Source: Eledone cirrhosa (Eukaryota). From it: 64,000 nucleotides of DNA. Positions 1 to 13,121 of the stretch are shown here, piece by piece (the stretch's first letter is position 1; each line of letters begins with the position of its first letter). The stretch lies in the NCBI GenBank assembly GCA_964016885.1, contig OZ024740.1, positions 274,164,001-274,228,000 of the forward strand. The letters are read 5' to 3'. The translations under genes and the position numbers were made by a program. The notes beneath the pieces are model-generated. The model was not told the origin of the DNA. It searched no databases and saw only the letters and a list, made by a program, of their open reading frames with translations.

Positions 1-59
1 ATATATATATATACGTATATATATATATGTATGTATATATATATATATACATATATAAT

Positions 60-640
60 ATATTGATGAGCAGAACAAACAAACATTAAACAATCCTTTA
101 AATAAATTAAAAAATAATTCAAATATCTACCTGTTCATAATGCTATTACCGGCGGTTTCCATCCACAAAGGATTGGAAATTCAGAGAATTTCCAACGGAA
201 AGTAGATTTCTTCAGATAGCTATTTCCATTCTATAGGACATTTGTCCCACGGTCAGCAAATATAATGCTAACTACCAGCACGTATGGGCTATAGCCGTTA
301 CAGTGACCCATACGTGACCTGGCCACTAGAGCAAGCGGGAATATTATAAACTTGTTGATGGCTTGGCTGTTAAAAAAATAGCAGTAAGCAACAACGAATT
401 TTTTCTCTACATAGATCGGAGAATATATAAAAATGAGGTAAATATCTCACTGAGTACTATGTACACACTGAGATATATAGGGTGTCTATAATATAATTGT
501 TGTTCTATGGTACTAATTCGAGATACCAGAACTATAAATTAATGAGCAGAACAAACAAACATTAAACAATCCTTTAAATAAATTTAAAAATAATTCAAAT
601 ATCTACCTGTTCATAATAATAATTTCCAACGGAACAACAA
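60..640 (-). mobile_element. Non-coding hammerhead-bearing element (Penelope-like pLTR/retrozyme-like) with partial tandem duplication, in (TA)n
   Basis: 76-bp direct repeat 66-141 / 542-617 (offset 476, one mismatch); hammerhead next to the first copy; (TA)n on both sides; internal hairpin cacgtatggg...cccatacgtg. Confidence 0.6.
142..220 (-). ncRNA. Type I hammerhead ribozyme (complete fold)
   Basis: Minus strand: GCTAT-CTGAAGA-[stem II ATCTAC...TTGGAAATTC tct GAATTTCCAA...GTGGAT]-GAAA-CCGCCGG-TA/ATAGC; all core nucleotides and three stems present. Confidence 0.85.
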
Positions 641-641
641 T

Positions 642-700
<59 letters not shown>

Positions 701-704
701 GTAT

Positions 705-3304
705 AATGCTTTATTAAACAGTGCCATTCTAGCAACATAATTTTGATGGGAGACTTTAATCTACCCTGCGTCGATTGGTCTACATGTAGTTTGAAACCAG
801 GCTCCACAGCCTCAACCACTGACAAAGAAGCTGTCGAGTCACTTCTTGACTTCATGAAAGAGTTTTTCTTGTCCCATCTTGTCCTTGCACCAACGAGTCA
901 TCAGAAGAACATTCTGGATCTAGTGTTTAGTAACCACACTAACACTATACATAATATTACAGTGGAAAAAACCCTTCTCTCAAACCATGACATGTTTGTT
1001 TGTAACCTGAGATTCCACCAGCCGAAAGCCAATCCCAGGGTCCTCTTTCCAGCCCACCCATTTGATAACATGGATCTCCACAATGTCAACTGGGATGCAA
1101 TTATGAACGAACTGTCACATGTCTACTGGTCTTTTACACACGCACATACTTCCACCAACATCAAAACATCTTGGCAGATCTTTGTAGACACTGTCACAAA
1201 TATATGTACAAAACACACCCCACCAAAACCTTTGAACAAAACCAAGTGCAGTATCCCCCAAAACAGAAAAACAATTGTCAGAAAAATAAAAAGAACAAAC
1301 AAAAAAATTAACACACTAAAATACTGCCAACAGCAACACGCACATTCAATGGCTATCACCATGTTGAGTAAAAAAAATGTAACCTCCAGCAATGCATGTT
1401 GACCATCATCAATAACCAGAGAATAGCTGAAGAGAGGTGGGCCATTGAGAAAATCAAACTGAACCCCAAAGTGTTCTTCTCATTCGTTAAAAAACACAAG
1501 GTCACCGTCTCCACTGTTGGTCCCATAGTTGATGAAAGTGGCACACTCCAGGACAATGCCAAAACCATGGGCGAGATACTGCAGAAACAATACTGCTCTG
1601 TTTTCAGCAACCCAGATATGGCCAATCTGGGCCGTATCAGTGATATTAACCCCCAACACACTATATCAGACATAACGTTTGGCGCCCCTGATGTCTTAGC
1701 GGCAATAAACGATATTAAACACAATTCAGCAGTAGGCCCCGACAGGTTCCCTGCTTGTGTCCTGAAGGTGTGTCGACACCAACTTGCAACTCCTCTTGTT
1801 AATCTGTGGAGGAACTCACTGGACATTGGCTATATTCCTGAAAACTTTCTGGCCAGTCCGTTGTCCCAGTCTTCAAAAAGGGAAATAAGTCCATTGCAGT
1901 GAACTACCGTCCGATCTCACTCACCTCTCATATTATCAACGTATTTGAGAGGGTGGTGAGATCACGAATAGCCCACTTTCTTGAAAGCAACGGCCTGCTG
2001 AACTCCGACCAACATGGATTCCGTAATGGAAGGGACTGCCTAACGCAGCTCCTGCATCACTTTGACGATGTTTTGAGAGCCTTGGGAGAGGGTTCCAGCA
2101 CTGATGTCATCTACCTTGATTTCAGCAAGGCCTTCGACAGGGTTGATCATAAAATTCTACTGAAAAAAGTATCCAATGTTGGTGTCTCTGGAAGGTTACT
2201 ACAGTGGATCAAATGTTTCCTGACAGAAAGAACCCAGCATGTTGTAGTCGAAGGAGTAAAATCAAGCCCTGCCAAAGTCAGCAGTGGCGTCCCACAAAGC
2301 ACTGTGTTGGGCCCACTTCTTTTCATCATCTACATTAATGATATTACTGACATCATCAAACACAGCAACACCAGAATCTTCGCAGATGATTCCAAGCTCC
2401 AACGGGTCATCAATGAGGTGGGTGACCGGACTTGCCTTCAATCAGACCTACTGGCTGTTAACCAAAGGGCAGAGATGAATAATATGCTGCTGAATGAGGA
2501 TGAATTTGAACTAATCCACATTGGAAAAAAGGATGCCCTGAAACTACCACACTCTCTTCCTTCGGGTGAAACTCTAGTCGCTTCCAATAACATCAGAGAC
2601 CTGGGAGTAATTGTGGACAACAATATAATCTGGGCCACTCATACAAACAGCAAAGTTGATATGGCCCGCAGAGTGTGTCCCTGGATTCTCAGAACTTTCC
2701 AGTCGAGAGATATCCACATTGTTGTCCTTCTCGTCTCCACATTTGCCCGACCCCACCTTGAATACTGTTGTCCAATGTGGTCACCCCACACGAAACAAAG
2801 TATCATGAAAGTTGAAGTGCCCTAAAGGTCAATTACAAAAAATATAGTTGGCATGACAGGCCTTGACTATTAGGGTCGATTAGAAAAGCTCAAACTTTAT
2901 TCTCTTCAACGTCGCCGTGAGCGCTACATTATCTGTATGATGTGGAAAATATTCCATCAGCTTAGCCCAAATGATGTTGGCATCACTTTTAGTGTACACC
3001 CAAGGCTTGGGCCCCGTGCTATCCGCCCACGACAAAAATCCCACTCGCATCACATAACAACAATACGGCACAATTATTTCACCCCAATTGGCCCTGCACT
3101 CTTTAACATAACACCAAAACACACCAAAGCAGAGACAGACCCCATCGAGTTCAAGAAGTCTTTGGATAAATTCCTTCAAGAAATCCTGGATAAGCCCCCT
3201 ACACCCGGATATGCCTCCGTAAACAATAACTCTCTGCTCGAGTGGGCCATGATGCCCAAGCACTGATTTGTAAGACTTCACCAGATGGTGCTATTAAGTT
3301 AGAC
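705..3304 (+). mobile_element. 5'-truncated CR1/L2-group non-LTR retrotransposon, ORF2 (APE endonuclease + RT) disrupted by frameshifts and stops
   Basis: ORFs 743-1402 (MGDFNLP, LDLVFSN), 1396-1902, 1899-2825 (NYRPISLTS, YLDFSKAFDRVDH, GVPQSTVLGP, FADD), 2937-3266 (FKKSLDKFL); flanked by (TA)n. Confidence 0.9.
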
Positions 3305-3345
3305 ATATATATATATGTATGTATATATGTATATATATATATGTG

Positions 3346-3443
<98 letters not shown>

Positions 3444-3625
3444 CCATCTTTGTTTGTTTACTGTCTCGCTCGTTCCCCCTATTTACGTCCCAACGACTTT
3501 CTTTAGCCTTTGCTCGCACCAACCGGAGGTATATGGTATCTAAAGCGATGAAGGCTGGAAGATCACTGATGAAGGACTAAATTTATTGATATGTAACCCA
3601 TATGCAATCACGCAGCACGCCATAT

Positions 3626-3708
<83 letters not shown>

Positions 3709-5028
3709 AGTGTGTGTGTATACAACTACACGAAAGGAAAGGTAAACGTCAATATTATTATGCTCCCACTCACCGAAATAGAAATATTTATTGTTTCAGT
3801 CGTAATTCCTTCATCGGAAAAATATAAGAAGAAAAGAGACGAAATGGAAAGAAAAAAGGCGAAAATGTATAACATGTGTATTTCACATCAGTACCGTATT
3901 TTAAAATGTATGTGTGTGCTTTTCTTTCCTATGTGTATTTAACTTATAATTGTGATTAGAACAAAATTGCTTTGAAATATAATACTGTTTTGTCTGGAGA
4001 CAAATGACTGTCAGATGAAGGATGTCGTTTGTATTCTATTGGGTAATGTTTATTGAAAGTCACAGAATAAGAGCTGGATGTGACAACGAATAAATAAATT
4101 CGTGCCTTTTATCTTTCTTAAAGCTCTATGTAGATGTAAACCTGGGAATATATATGTTTTTACTTTTTGACCATTCGTTTGCACTTCACCTATGTCGGTC
4201 ATTCCTCCACCTCTTCTTTCTCACCCTCTCCTTCTTTACTTTTCTTTACATTTATATCATTTATATCAGCTGATATAGATAGAATCAAGTGAAGTTTAAA
4301 TACATTAGTTGTTAGTATTGTTGTTGCTGGTGTTGATGTCAGAAGATTTAAAATACAGCTCTGGAAGTATGTTTCTAGATATATGTGTTTGAGGTTTTTA
4401 TTTTTTAGCGGGGAACTGGTAATGGGGATGATGATGGGAGGAATGGACACAATGTCTTTCATACAGTCTCTATGGCCAGCTGCATCTCATAAAATATAAG
4501 GAATGCTGTAATTGTCAAGAGAAAGAAAAAAGGGAGAGAGATTTGCATGCAGAATAGACCTATTACACAATATACTCAAAGTGTTACAGACTTTGCTTTA
4601 GTAGCACTAATAAATTTAATCTTTGAAGCACTTATACTATGGTCAAATGCTTGCCATAATCTAATGTCCAACATTACTGGAAACAGACAGCTTAAAAGTA
4701 CTGATACCACCACTTGACACCAGAACAGCTTCTGTAACCACCCTGCTACCACCACCGATATCGACACCTTTACTTCTACTATTATTACCACTACTACAGT
4801 AGAAAATAGAGGCAGGAAAGAAGCGAGACAAATGAGATTCTAGTAAAAAGCAATTGCATTTGTGATAACTTCTACAAGTTGTGAGAAAATGATAAAACAA
4901 AATAAGAGGAAAAAAAGAGAGCAATAGAGTGATATTTTCTGGGAAGACAACAGGAGTTACTCAGAAATTTTGAGTCCCGTCTCAAAGTACTCTGCACACA
5001 CACACACACATACACATACACACACATA

Positions 5029-5062
<34 letters not shown>

Positions 5063-5164
5063 CATATATATATATGTACATATATATATATATATATACA
5101 CATATATATATATGTATGAATATTTATATATATATATACATATATATATATGTATATATATATA

Positions 5165-5468
5165 TTAGAAAGTGAGTTTTTTTTTACAAAATGAAAAATA
5201 ACCGAGGTGTCCTACACGAGTGAAAGTATAAAGAAAAAAAGATGAAATCGAAAATGCAACTGGAGTCTTATTTTTTTTTAAATATATATATTTATTTGGT
5301 TCTTTACCGGTTTCGCAGTTCTTCTGCTTTTCAAAAGTAGAGTTGAGATGGAGGGTCTGTGATTCACAGACCCTCCATCTCAACTCTACTTTTGAAAAGT
5401 AGAAGAACTGCGAAACCGGTAAAGGAATCAAATAAATATATATATATTCTTTTAAATAAGACTCCAGT
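5165..5468. mobile_element. Fold-back palindrome with a minimal hammerhead-like motif in each arm (Penelope-like pLTR fragment)
   Basis: Arms ~5259-5362 and 5364-5468 around centre ctgtga-t-tcacag; motif CTT-TTGAAAA-G(C/T)AG aagaa CTGC-GAAA-CCGG-TA/AAG at 5389-5424 (+) and 5302-5337 (-). Confidence 0.65.
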
Positions 5469-5469
5469 C

Positions 5470-5775
5470 TTAAAACTGCACTATTCACAAATACACTTGT
5501 GAATAGTGCAGTTTTAATATATATGTTGATTTAAAACTGCACTATTCACAAGTGTATTTTAACCTTCATATCATGTCTCCCTATTTTATCTGACGAAAAC
5601 GCAAATGTTATTGCATGATGATATTTGTTTTTGAAATGCGCATAATAAAATACATGGAACTCTTTTAACCATCTTTTGATCTTATATATTATTTATACTC
5701 CAGTCCTACAAACTGTAGAGTGCTTCTTATCCGATATCTGCATTGCTTTATTGTACTACAATAAAACTCACCTCC
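5470..5775 (+). mobile_element. Hammerhead-bearing non-coding element, same family as 20783-21191
   Basis: Near-identical to ~20950-21191; 5' end has repeated fold-backs of aactgcactattcaca; ends aaaactcacct before (TA)n. Confidence 0.8.
5582..5652 (+). ncRNA. Type I hammerhead ribozyme (complete fold)
   Basis: TATTTTAT-CTGACGA-[AAACGCAAATGTTATT gcat GATGATATTTGTTTTT]-GAAA-TGCGCA-TA/ATAAAATA; 8-bp stem I, long stem II with G-U pairs, palindromic stem III. Confidence 0.9.
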
Positions 5776-5830
<55 letters not shown>

Positions 5831-5834
<4 letters not shown>

Positions 5835-6020
5835 GACTAGAACTGTTTCCTTTGGGAGAAATCATCAGGAATCCCTGATGATTTCTCCCGAATGAAACCG
5901 TTAGTCCTGTAGAAGCTATTTCTACATTAAATATTGATACTCTGCTATGTATTGAGTACCTTACTTACTGTGGTAAGATAGATAAACTGTTACTAATTAA
6001 GACACCGCCTATATTTTCAA
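5831..6020 (+). mobile_element. Fold-back element with two inverted, degenerate minimal hammerhead cores
   Basis: Imperfect palindrome 5831-5910; + arm CTGATGA-tttctcccgaat-GAAA-ccgt-TA-gtcctgt; downstream gtattgagtac motif shared with the 11.6 and 19.9 kb elements. Confidence 0.55.
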
Positions 6021-6584
6021 TATATTAGTCTAGAATTATAGAAATTTGAGTGTAGATATGATAGGATAGAATGACCGATGGTGAAGCTTTAAATATTTGA
6101 ATGGTTAAATGAGCAATTGATTAAATTATTTCTTTTAACTTCAGCCAAATCCATATCTTTGAAGGCGGAGTTAAACGTTGATTTCATGTGGAGGAGTATA
6201 TTGGAGATGTAGAAGGGGAAAGTGACAATGGAACCAAGATTAAAATCGAAATCAAAACAAGAGTAGAATGGAATTGGAACAATCGAGAGGTCAATAAATG
6301 GTATAAAACCGTCATATATTTGGTGTAGTTAAAAGTTATCTTTATGGACGCAGGGGTGAAGGGTATGATAGCTTTTTATTTCTTTATTTATTTGTTTTGC
6401 TGGTCACTATTCGAAATTGTATGTTATGTGTCTGGGATGTGGAACTAATGTAGTTGTATCTGATACCTAATGTTTCTTTGTTCTGATTGTTGAGTTTAAT
6501 CCTACTGATTACTGTCACTATTTTAGTAGTGAAAGAGAAAGTGGGAGAGATCACACGAAGGAAATACGAAGGTGGATGTCAAGG

Positions 6585-6870
6585 ATATGGTCCGAACGTG
6601 GAGGAGCCGAACTCCCACTGTCATCACATCCACCTCTCTCGCCCTCCCCATCTCTCTGTATAGTGAGCAAATGGGGTCCCACGTGCTGGCCTCCCCAGCG
6701 AGAGAATGGAGGAGGCGTTTTCCCGGAGGATGGTAAGGGAGATACGCTGGAAGAGCCATTATAACTCGTGAGGGTCACACCTGCGGCTGGCCAGCACAGC
6801 GCGTATGGTGATGAGTAGGGAGGTAGCCCTAGGGCCAAGGGCACAAGAAGGCTCCACTGCTAAGGGCCCG
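6585..6870. repeat. GC-rich dispersed repeat of unknown class
   Basis: gagccgaactcc.actgtcatc...gtgagcaaatggggtcccacgtgctg...ttcccggaggatg...cgctggaagagccatt shared with 60815-61056; diverged inverted copy ~27100-27270. Confidence 0.7.
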
Positions 6871-7939
6871 ACTGCAAACCTGTCGGAGAACGACCAGTAC
6901 GGACAGCACAAATTAGATGTCTCCTTATACACCTACAAATCGGGATTGTCGTTTTTTGGAATGCTTTTAACTATTGATCTGCTCGATTGCGTTTGACTGG
7001 TACCTAAACAACAATGAAAGAGCACTATATTAATGGTAGAAATAGATTTAAATCCTGTTCAGAATTTTCTTTATTCTTCCGATTCCTAAGGATTGTGGTT
7101 GTATATTCATTGTTTTACAATATACTTGGTAATAAACAAAACTAAAATGAACTAAATAATAAGCAACGAACGAAAGGGGGGAGGGGAGGCAGTGCCGGAC
7201 TCTACACCCCATTCTGAGCGGTCTTTCGTCTGCGCCCCACGTACAAAATGGGTGATGCATTGCCTCGGAGAATGATCTGTGACACTTGCTCGAACAGCTA
7301 CCTTCCCTGGCGGGGCTTCTTCCTTAGGCAGACTACTGTCTTTCCAATTTCAGCAATGTGGGGACCGAGAACACCTTAGGTCTCGATGGAGATCAGTACA
7401 AAAATGATTTCCTCGGTCAAGCCCCGGTAATTATATTTTTTTCGTCTACATTTTATTGCGGGTTGAGATGCCTGAATTTTCAGCCGAAGTGACATGGCTG
7501 GAGGCAGAGTACAAGTCGCAATTCTTCTTGTCCCAGATTAAGAATTTACCTCCCTTTAAATTAGAAGATGGTTATTCTGCCGAGGTGCTGACCATCACCA
7601 CGTTCGAGACCATCTGGGCCCAGTTGTGACGGGAAGCCGGCTGCGTCGAGGCTCTTTCTAAAGATGCCATTCAGATCGACGTGCCGCGGGAATCGGCCTG
7701 CGACATGATAGCGGGAGCGTACCGAACACGTCAACAATAGTTTGCCAAAGACATTGTGTGACTCACACCCACTGTGGCTGAGGTTTTGTCCGACCTCGAT
7801 GTGAGTGCACTCATCCTCGAGAACGGTATCGATTGTTCAGGAGGGCTCCAAATTGAGCTACGCGCCACTCTTTGCAGTAGAGATTGTTTTGGACCAAGTA
7901 TGACTCAACCTGCTTGTCAGTGTTACTGAATATACTAGG

Positions 7940-8163
7940 ACGGTAGATTGGCAGTATCAGTAGAGCGTCGGACGCCATGCTCTGCAGTATAGAGTTACGA
8001 CCCTTCACGGTCTGAGTTCAAATCCTGCCGTAGTTAACTTTGCCTATCATCCTTACGGGATCGATAAAATAAAGTACCAATCATGCAGCTGGGGTCGATT
8101 TAATCGACTATCCCCTCCCCCCCCAAATTGCTGGCCTTGTGTCTATAGTAGAAATCATTATTA
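7940..8163 (+). mobile_element. tRNA-derived SINE
   Basis: A box TGGCAGTATC, B box GAGTTCAAATCC, central gcct.tcatccttacggg.tcgataaaataaagtacc, (ATT) tail. Confidence 0.85.
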
Positions 8164-8889
8164 ATTAATATACTCAGTCATTAATTACTGAACGAAATTG
8201 ATACCTCCCAACATTCTAAGATAATTATTCTGTTCATCAAATGCTAGTTGCATCCTAACCAAATAATATAACTAACAAGAAAAACGTCTTCATGTCTTTT
8301 AAACAGAAACATACTTTTTGTGAAATAGAATAGAAAAAAATAAACTTAATAATTTTTCAGTTTTACTTTCAACGAAATACACTAGTGCCTAAGTCAAAGT
8401 GGTATTTTACGTTAAAAATTTCTGTACTTTTTTTTTATTTTTTGTCGTCATTTTAGACGTCATTTTGTTAGCTATACATAGATGTTTATTTTTAAAATAA
8501 AATTTAGTCAGAAAAATAAAGGGTGGAAACAAACGGAAAGAAAGAATCTGTCCTAGGCTTTCACTTTATTTTCACTCGAAAAAATGAAAATAATTTTAAA
8601 CATGTACAAAAACAACGATTTGCAAAAGATAAAAACATAATAATTATAAACAAATACATGAAATAAAACAAACCCCAAATATTGTAATACTTTTGTTAGT
8701 TGTTGATAAAACAGGTACAATGAAAAACAAATTCAAATAAAAGAAAAATGTACTATTATTCAGAAAATGTACTTTTATTCAGAAACGTGTTGTGGGAGTT
8801 TCTTGGATGGTTGAAGTTATTGAATTTTATTTGTCATTTTTACAGATATTTTACTTTATTTCTGCGTGTTATTAGATGTTTCTCTGAAG

Positions 8890-9480
8890 CGAGTAACATC
8901 GGGACATGTTTATTGCTTGTGTGAATCTGTCAAACGCTTTTAACACATTACAGAAGTATATCGTGCAAGATGTTTCCCGAAGGTTTCGTTGCCTGACCAT
9001 ACTCATGAATCTTCTCTGCCATTTAAATACAGCTTGGGTTATTAACACAGAGTGCAGAAATGTGGGTCTTTATTGTAGAGGCAGGAGTCAGATATGGCTG
9101 AATATTGTTATTGCATACGTTTTCCTGTATGACCAAGCTGGTACGCAAAAGGATGGAAAATAATGAAGCTCGTATTAATCTCTGACGGTAACCTTTTCGA
9201 CTTCAAACAGCTGCCGGCTTCCGCTAACTCATATCTGAACAAATGACTGAGCTGCACACTATGCTATTGGTACGGTCCCGGCAATTCAGAATCCAGAAAC
9301 CATCAACTCGACAACCTTTACAGCTTGTTAAATAATAAGTCTCAGAGAAAATTTCGATCATCTGTAAATGGTATGCCACTCTTGCTTTGATCTCCTTTTC
9401 TCATTGTAAAATATCATCAAATAAGCGCAACCTCTCAATTCAGATAGTTAGGTAGTATAATTTCCAGTGACAAATATTTT
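8890..9480 (+). mobile_element. Highly decayed RTE-like RT fragment
   Basis: FIACVNLSNAFNT resembles the RT motif FVDLxKAFDT; heavily degenerate. Confidence 0.4.
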
Positions 9481-10619
9481 TATTCTATTGTGAAGCCTGA
9501 CCATTTTCAACAAACAGTAGAGATGCTTCATTGTCTTATTGTACCTCATCTACGTTTACCTGACCCATTGATCCGCTATTTCTTCCGTAAAAAGTGAATT
9601 GCCGATTCATAAACCCTCCTATCTTTTTCGCGTATTTCATTTCTCCTCTTTTTCATTAGCACTTCTTCCTATAGTATAGTGCACTCCCTGGCAAAATGGT
9701 TTATCATCTGCATTCAAATCATGCTGTGGTTAAATATATCTGTTCATACCTCTTAATATTGGTTAGAAAGTGTTGGAGGTTTTGTTCAGTCTCCGAAAGT
9801 TTTGAGTTCACACTCGATGATAGTAGTGCCAAGCTGTAACCGATTGTGTTTTTCCTTGAACAATATCGCTGGCGTGGAAAAGAGAATACTTCCATAAAAA
9901 AGCCTCGAAGCATCCTGTTCTCTAGAAAGGAACTTTTCATTTATAAATGTCAACACTGTCAGATGGAAGACTTAAATAACATTATCAGCGAGGCATATCT
10001 TTGAACGTACTTGCAGGAGAAAAACTGAAAGTATTAATAATTAAATACATAAGATTGTTAAGTGGTTAGCATAGGAAAATATGTTTAGAGAATAGATAGT
10101 ATAGATTACTTTACGCTCAATTCCCAATTCTACCTATCAAAAAATAAATTCTACTGGGTGGGAATTACCAATTGTAAGTAGCAGTAGTGCTAGGAAAATT
10201 GAACAATTGTTAGAATTTAGGTTGGCCTTGATAGAGCACACCTTTGGTCAGAGACTTCTTATTTGTGACCGTCTGGTATTTTCTTTAGCCATAGTTTATC
10301 TGGTTCTGTGTTACTCAATTGACTATTCATTTTAAGAGCTACTACGATTTGAGTAGAGGAAATTTGCTGTGATTGTTTAGCCAATCGGACGTCTATGTAG
10401 GTGATCAGCCATATGTTTGATTGATGAATTGGGTGAAATGAGCTCCTGGTCAAGCTTCACTGAGTAGACCTATGATAGCACGTGTTCTATCCACATGACC
10501 AGTCTTTAATGTTTTATATATAGGACTCACGTATCCAACGTGCACGAATTTATTAGTAATATGGCGTGTGATCAAAATGGGTCTTTGAATGCTGTTTTTT
10601 AAAGTTTGAATGACCATAT

Positions 10620-10901
10620 AGAGCAATCATGCGGCCCGCGAAGCCTTCTGAATGGTTCGCCTAAGTCACCTAAGTGAAACCTTTCTGATTTTTTTACCCC
10701 AACTTTTCAGTCGTAATTTATCTTTATCATTTTTACGATCGAGGAAAACAACGTGTACGAATTCTGAAGAAATAAATCAAAACAACGTGAGTTACCGCCC
10801 TTTTTTTAATGTGGCACGAATGTAAATTAGCACTTACCGCCCTCCTGATGATGCGCCATATCTCATGCGGCCCGCTTCTCGAAAAAGATTTCCCATCCCT
10901 G
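10620..10901. mobile_element. hAT-like MITE remnant
   Basis: Subterminal atgcggcccgc twice; right end ttcccatccctg resembles a CAGGG-type hAT TIR; left TIR not clear. Confidence 0.5.
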
Positions 10902-10926
10902 ATGTAGAGGTTCCTTTGTTAGATAT

Positions 10927-10967
<41 letters not shown>

Positions 10968-11514
10968 GAAGGATAAAGAGAAAGAGGGGATACCAGGCTG
11001 GAAAGCGAAGAACATTAGAGAGAATGAAAGAGCAAACACAAAGATACGTGTATGAGAACAAAGTTGTCTAAAACACAGATAAAGAGAGAAAGATGTTGAA
11101 TATTGGGAAAGCAAAGACGTAAGAGCAAAAAAAACTACAAGTAAATGAGAGAAGAGAAGAAAAGATGTGAGGGTAGAAATAGAATAGATAATGAAATAGA
11201 AAAAGAGTGAGATTGTGACAGAGGTGAAGATAATGTGGAAAGGGATCAGTGGTGGAACAAAGCAAGATTAGAGTTGTTAAGAACAGAGAGGGAGTGAGAA
11301 AAAGAGTAGTGAAAAAAAAAGAGATCAGAAAAATGTGGGTGAAGGTTGGATAAATAAATAAAGTAAAATAAATATATATATATAAAAGAGAGGAGGAAAA
11401 GGTAGATAAAGAGCAACAAATTAATCAATATAACAGTAGTAAGAGAAAGTGCAGAAACCGTATAGGAAATGGAAGAGTATTCAAGGGATATATATATGTA
11501 TATGTATATATATG

Positions 11515-11554
<40 letters not shown>

Positions 11555-11559
11555 TATAT

Positions 11560-11937
<378 letters not shown>

Positions 11938-12679
11938 CGAAAACAAAGAGTGAGAAATTGATAAAGATAAGAGAACGTGAGTGTTTGTATTTATTTGTGT
12001 GTGCGTACGTGTGAACGATCCTGCGTTTTCCGTACTTTCCATCAAATATCAAGTCTTTATATCAAACTATTTTGAGGTCGGCGGTTTTGCTCCAAATTTA
12101 GCATCGATCCCGATCTCAATCATAAATGGATATCGACAGTGTCAGATAACACTTCCCTCCTCTATCTGACCGGACATGTCTACAGCAAATTACTGAAGGA
12201 TTTATCAAGTGCTATAACGTGAAGGAGGTGATGAGGTGTGGGAAGGAGAGAAACGCCTGATGCAGAACTCTGGAAACATCCCAGTGTATTCAAATACTCT
12301 CGGGTTCACAATAATAGGGATGGTGGATTAAGCGGGGTTGGGTGGAAAATTGGTAATTCTTCTAGGTTGTCTCCATTGATTTTTTAAAAAAAAACAGATT
12401 TAGTCGTTTAGTTTACATACTGAGTCCTCAACCCACCCTATTTATTTTATAACGTATGGGATTTCTAGTAATGTACTTTATTGCCGCTTAAAATAAAATT
12501 TCGCCGGAGATAGATTAGCAAAATTTTATAAGCGGAGCTATTGGAATAAGAGCGCTGGGGTGGTGGAAAAAATCTGAAAAATTAAGAAGCGGGAGAGGGA
12601 CGATATTCGAGACATGAAAGTATTGTCTGGCTGTAATATTTGTTCATACGGTTAATTCGAGTTATTGTTAAATAAACTA

Positions 12680-12847
12680 CCGTATTTTCCCCGGCGCCGA
12701 AGACACTTCGTCCTCGAGGATGCACCCTAATTTTGACAACCAAAAATTTGAAAAAGAAAATAATAATCCTTCGGCCTCCAGGACTCATTGTAGATTTTGA
12801 GACTTATCTTAGAAAAAAAGTAGCGTCTTCGACGCCGGAAAATACGG
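12680..12847. mobile_element. Tc1/mariner-pogo-type MITE
   Basis: TIRs ccgtattttcc(cc)ggcgccgaagac / gtcttcgacgccggaaaatacgg; TA duplication at 12678-79 and 12848-49. Confidence 0.85.
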
Positions 12848-13121
12848 TATTTGACAAAATCCTTCTTTATTTCTTTATCATTGTCAATGATTGAACCACA
12901 TTTTAAATTAGAATCAAACTAAGCTAAATTAAATTTTCGAAAACGATTATATGTAGCGAAAGAAATGTTTTCTCAATGTGATCTCTTTTCACTTACTGAC
13001 ATGGCCATCAAAAAGTTACCTGCGACCTTGCAAATAACACAATAGATAAATTCTCAGGGGGCTAGGATTTACGGCAGCAATGGTATGAAGGAAAACATAT
13101 ACTGGAGCCCTTTCTAGCCAT

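Noticed and set aside
3560-3600. CTGATGA as a possible hammerhead core
   Set aside because: No stem II-GAAA-stem III downstream
3199-3942. YIYIYI, poly-T/V/L/M and LSLS ORFs here and across the window
   Set aside because: Translations of microsatellites, not genes
7170-7810. GC-rich island, possibly a decayed retroelement ORF1
   Set aside because: No recognisable motif or open frame; cannot assign
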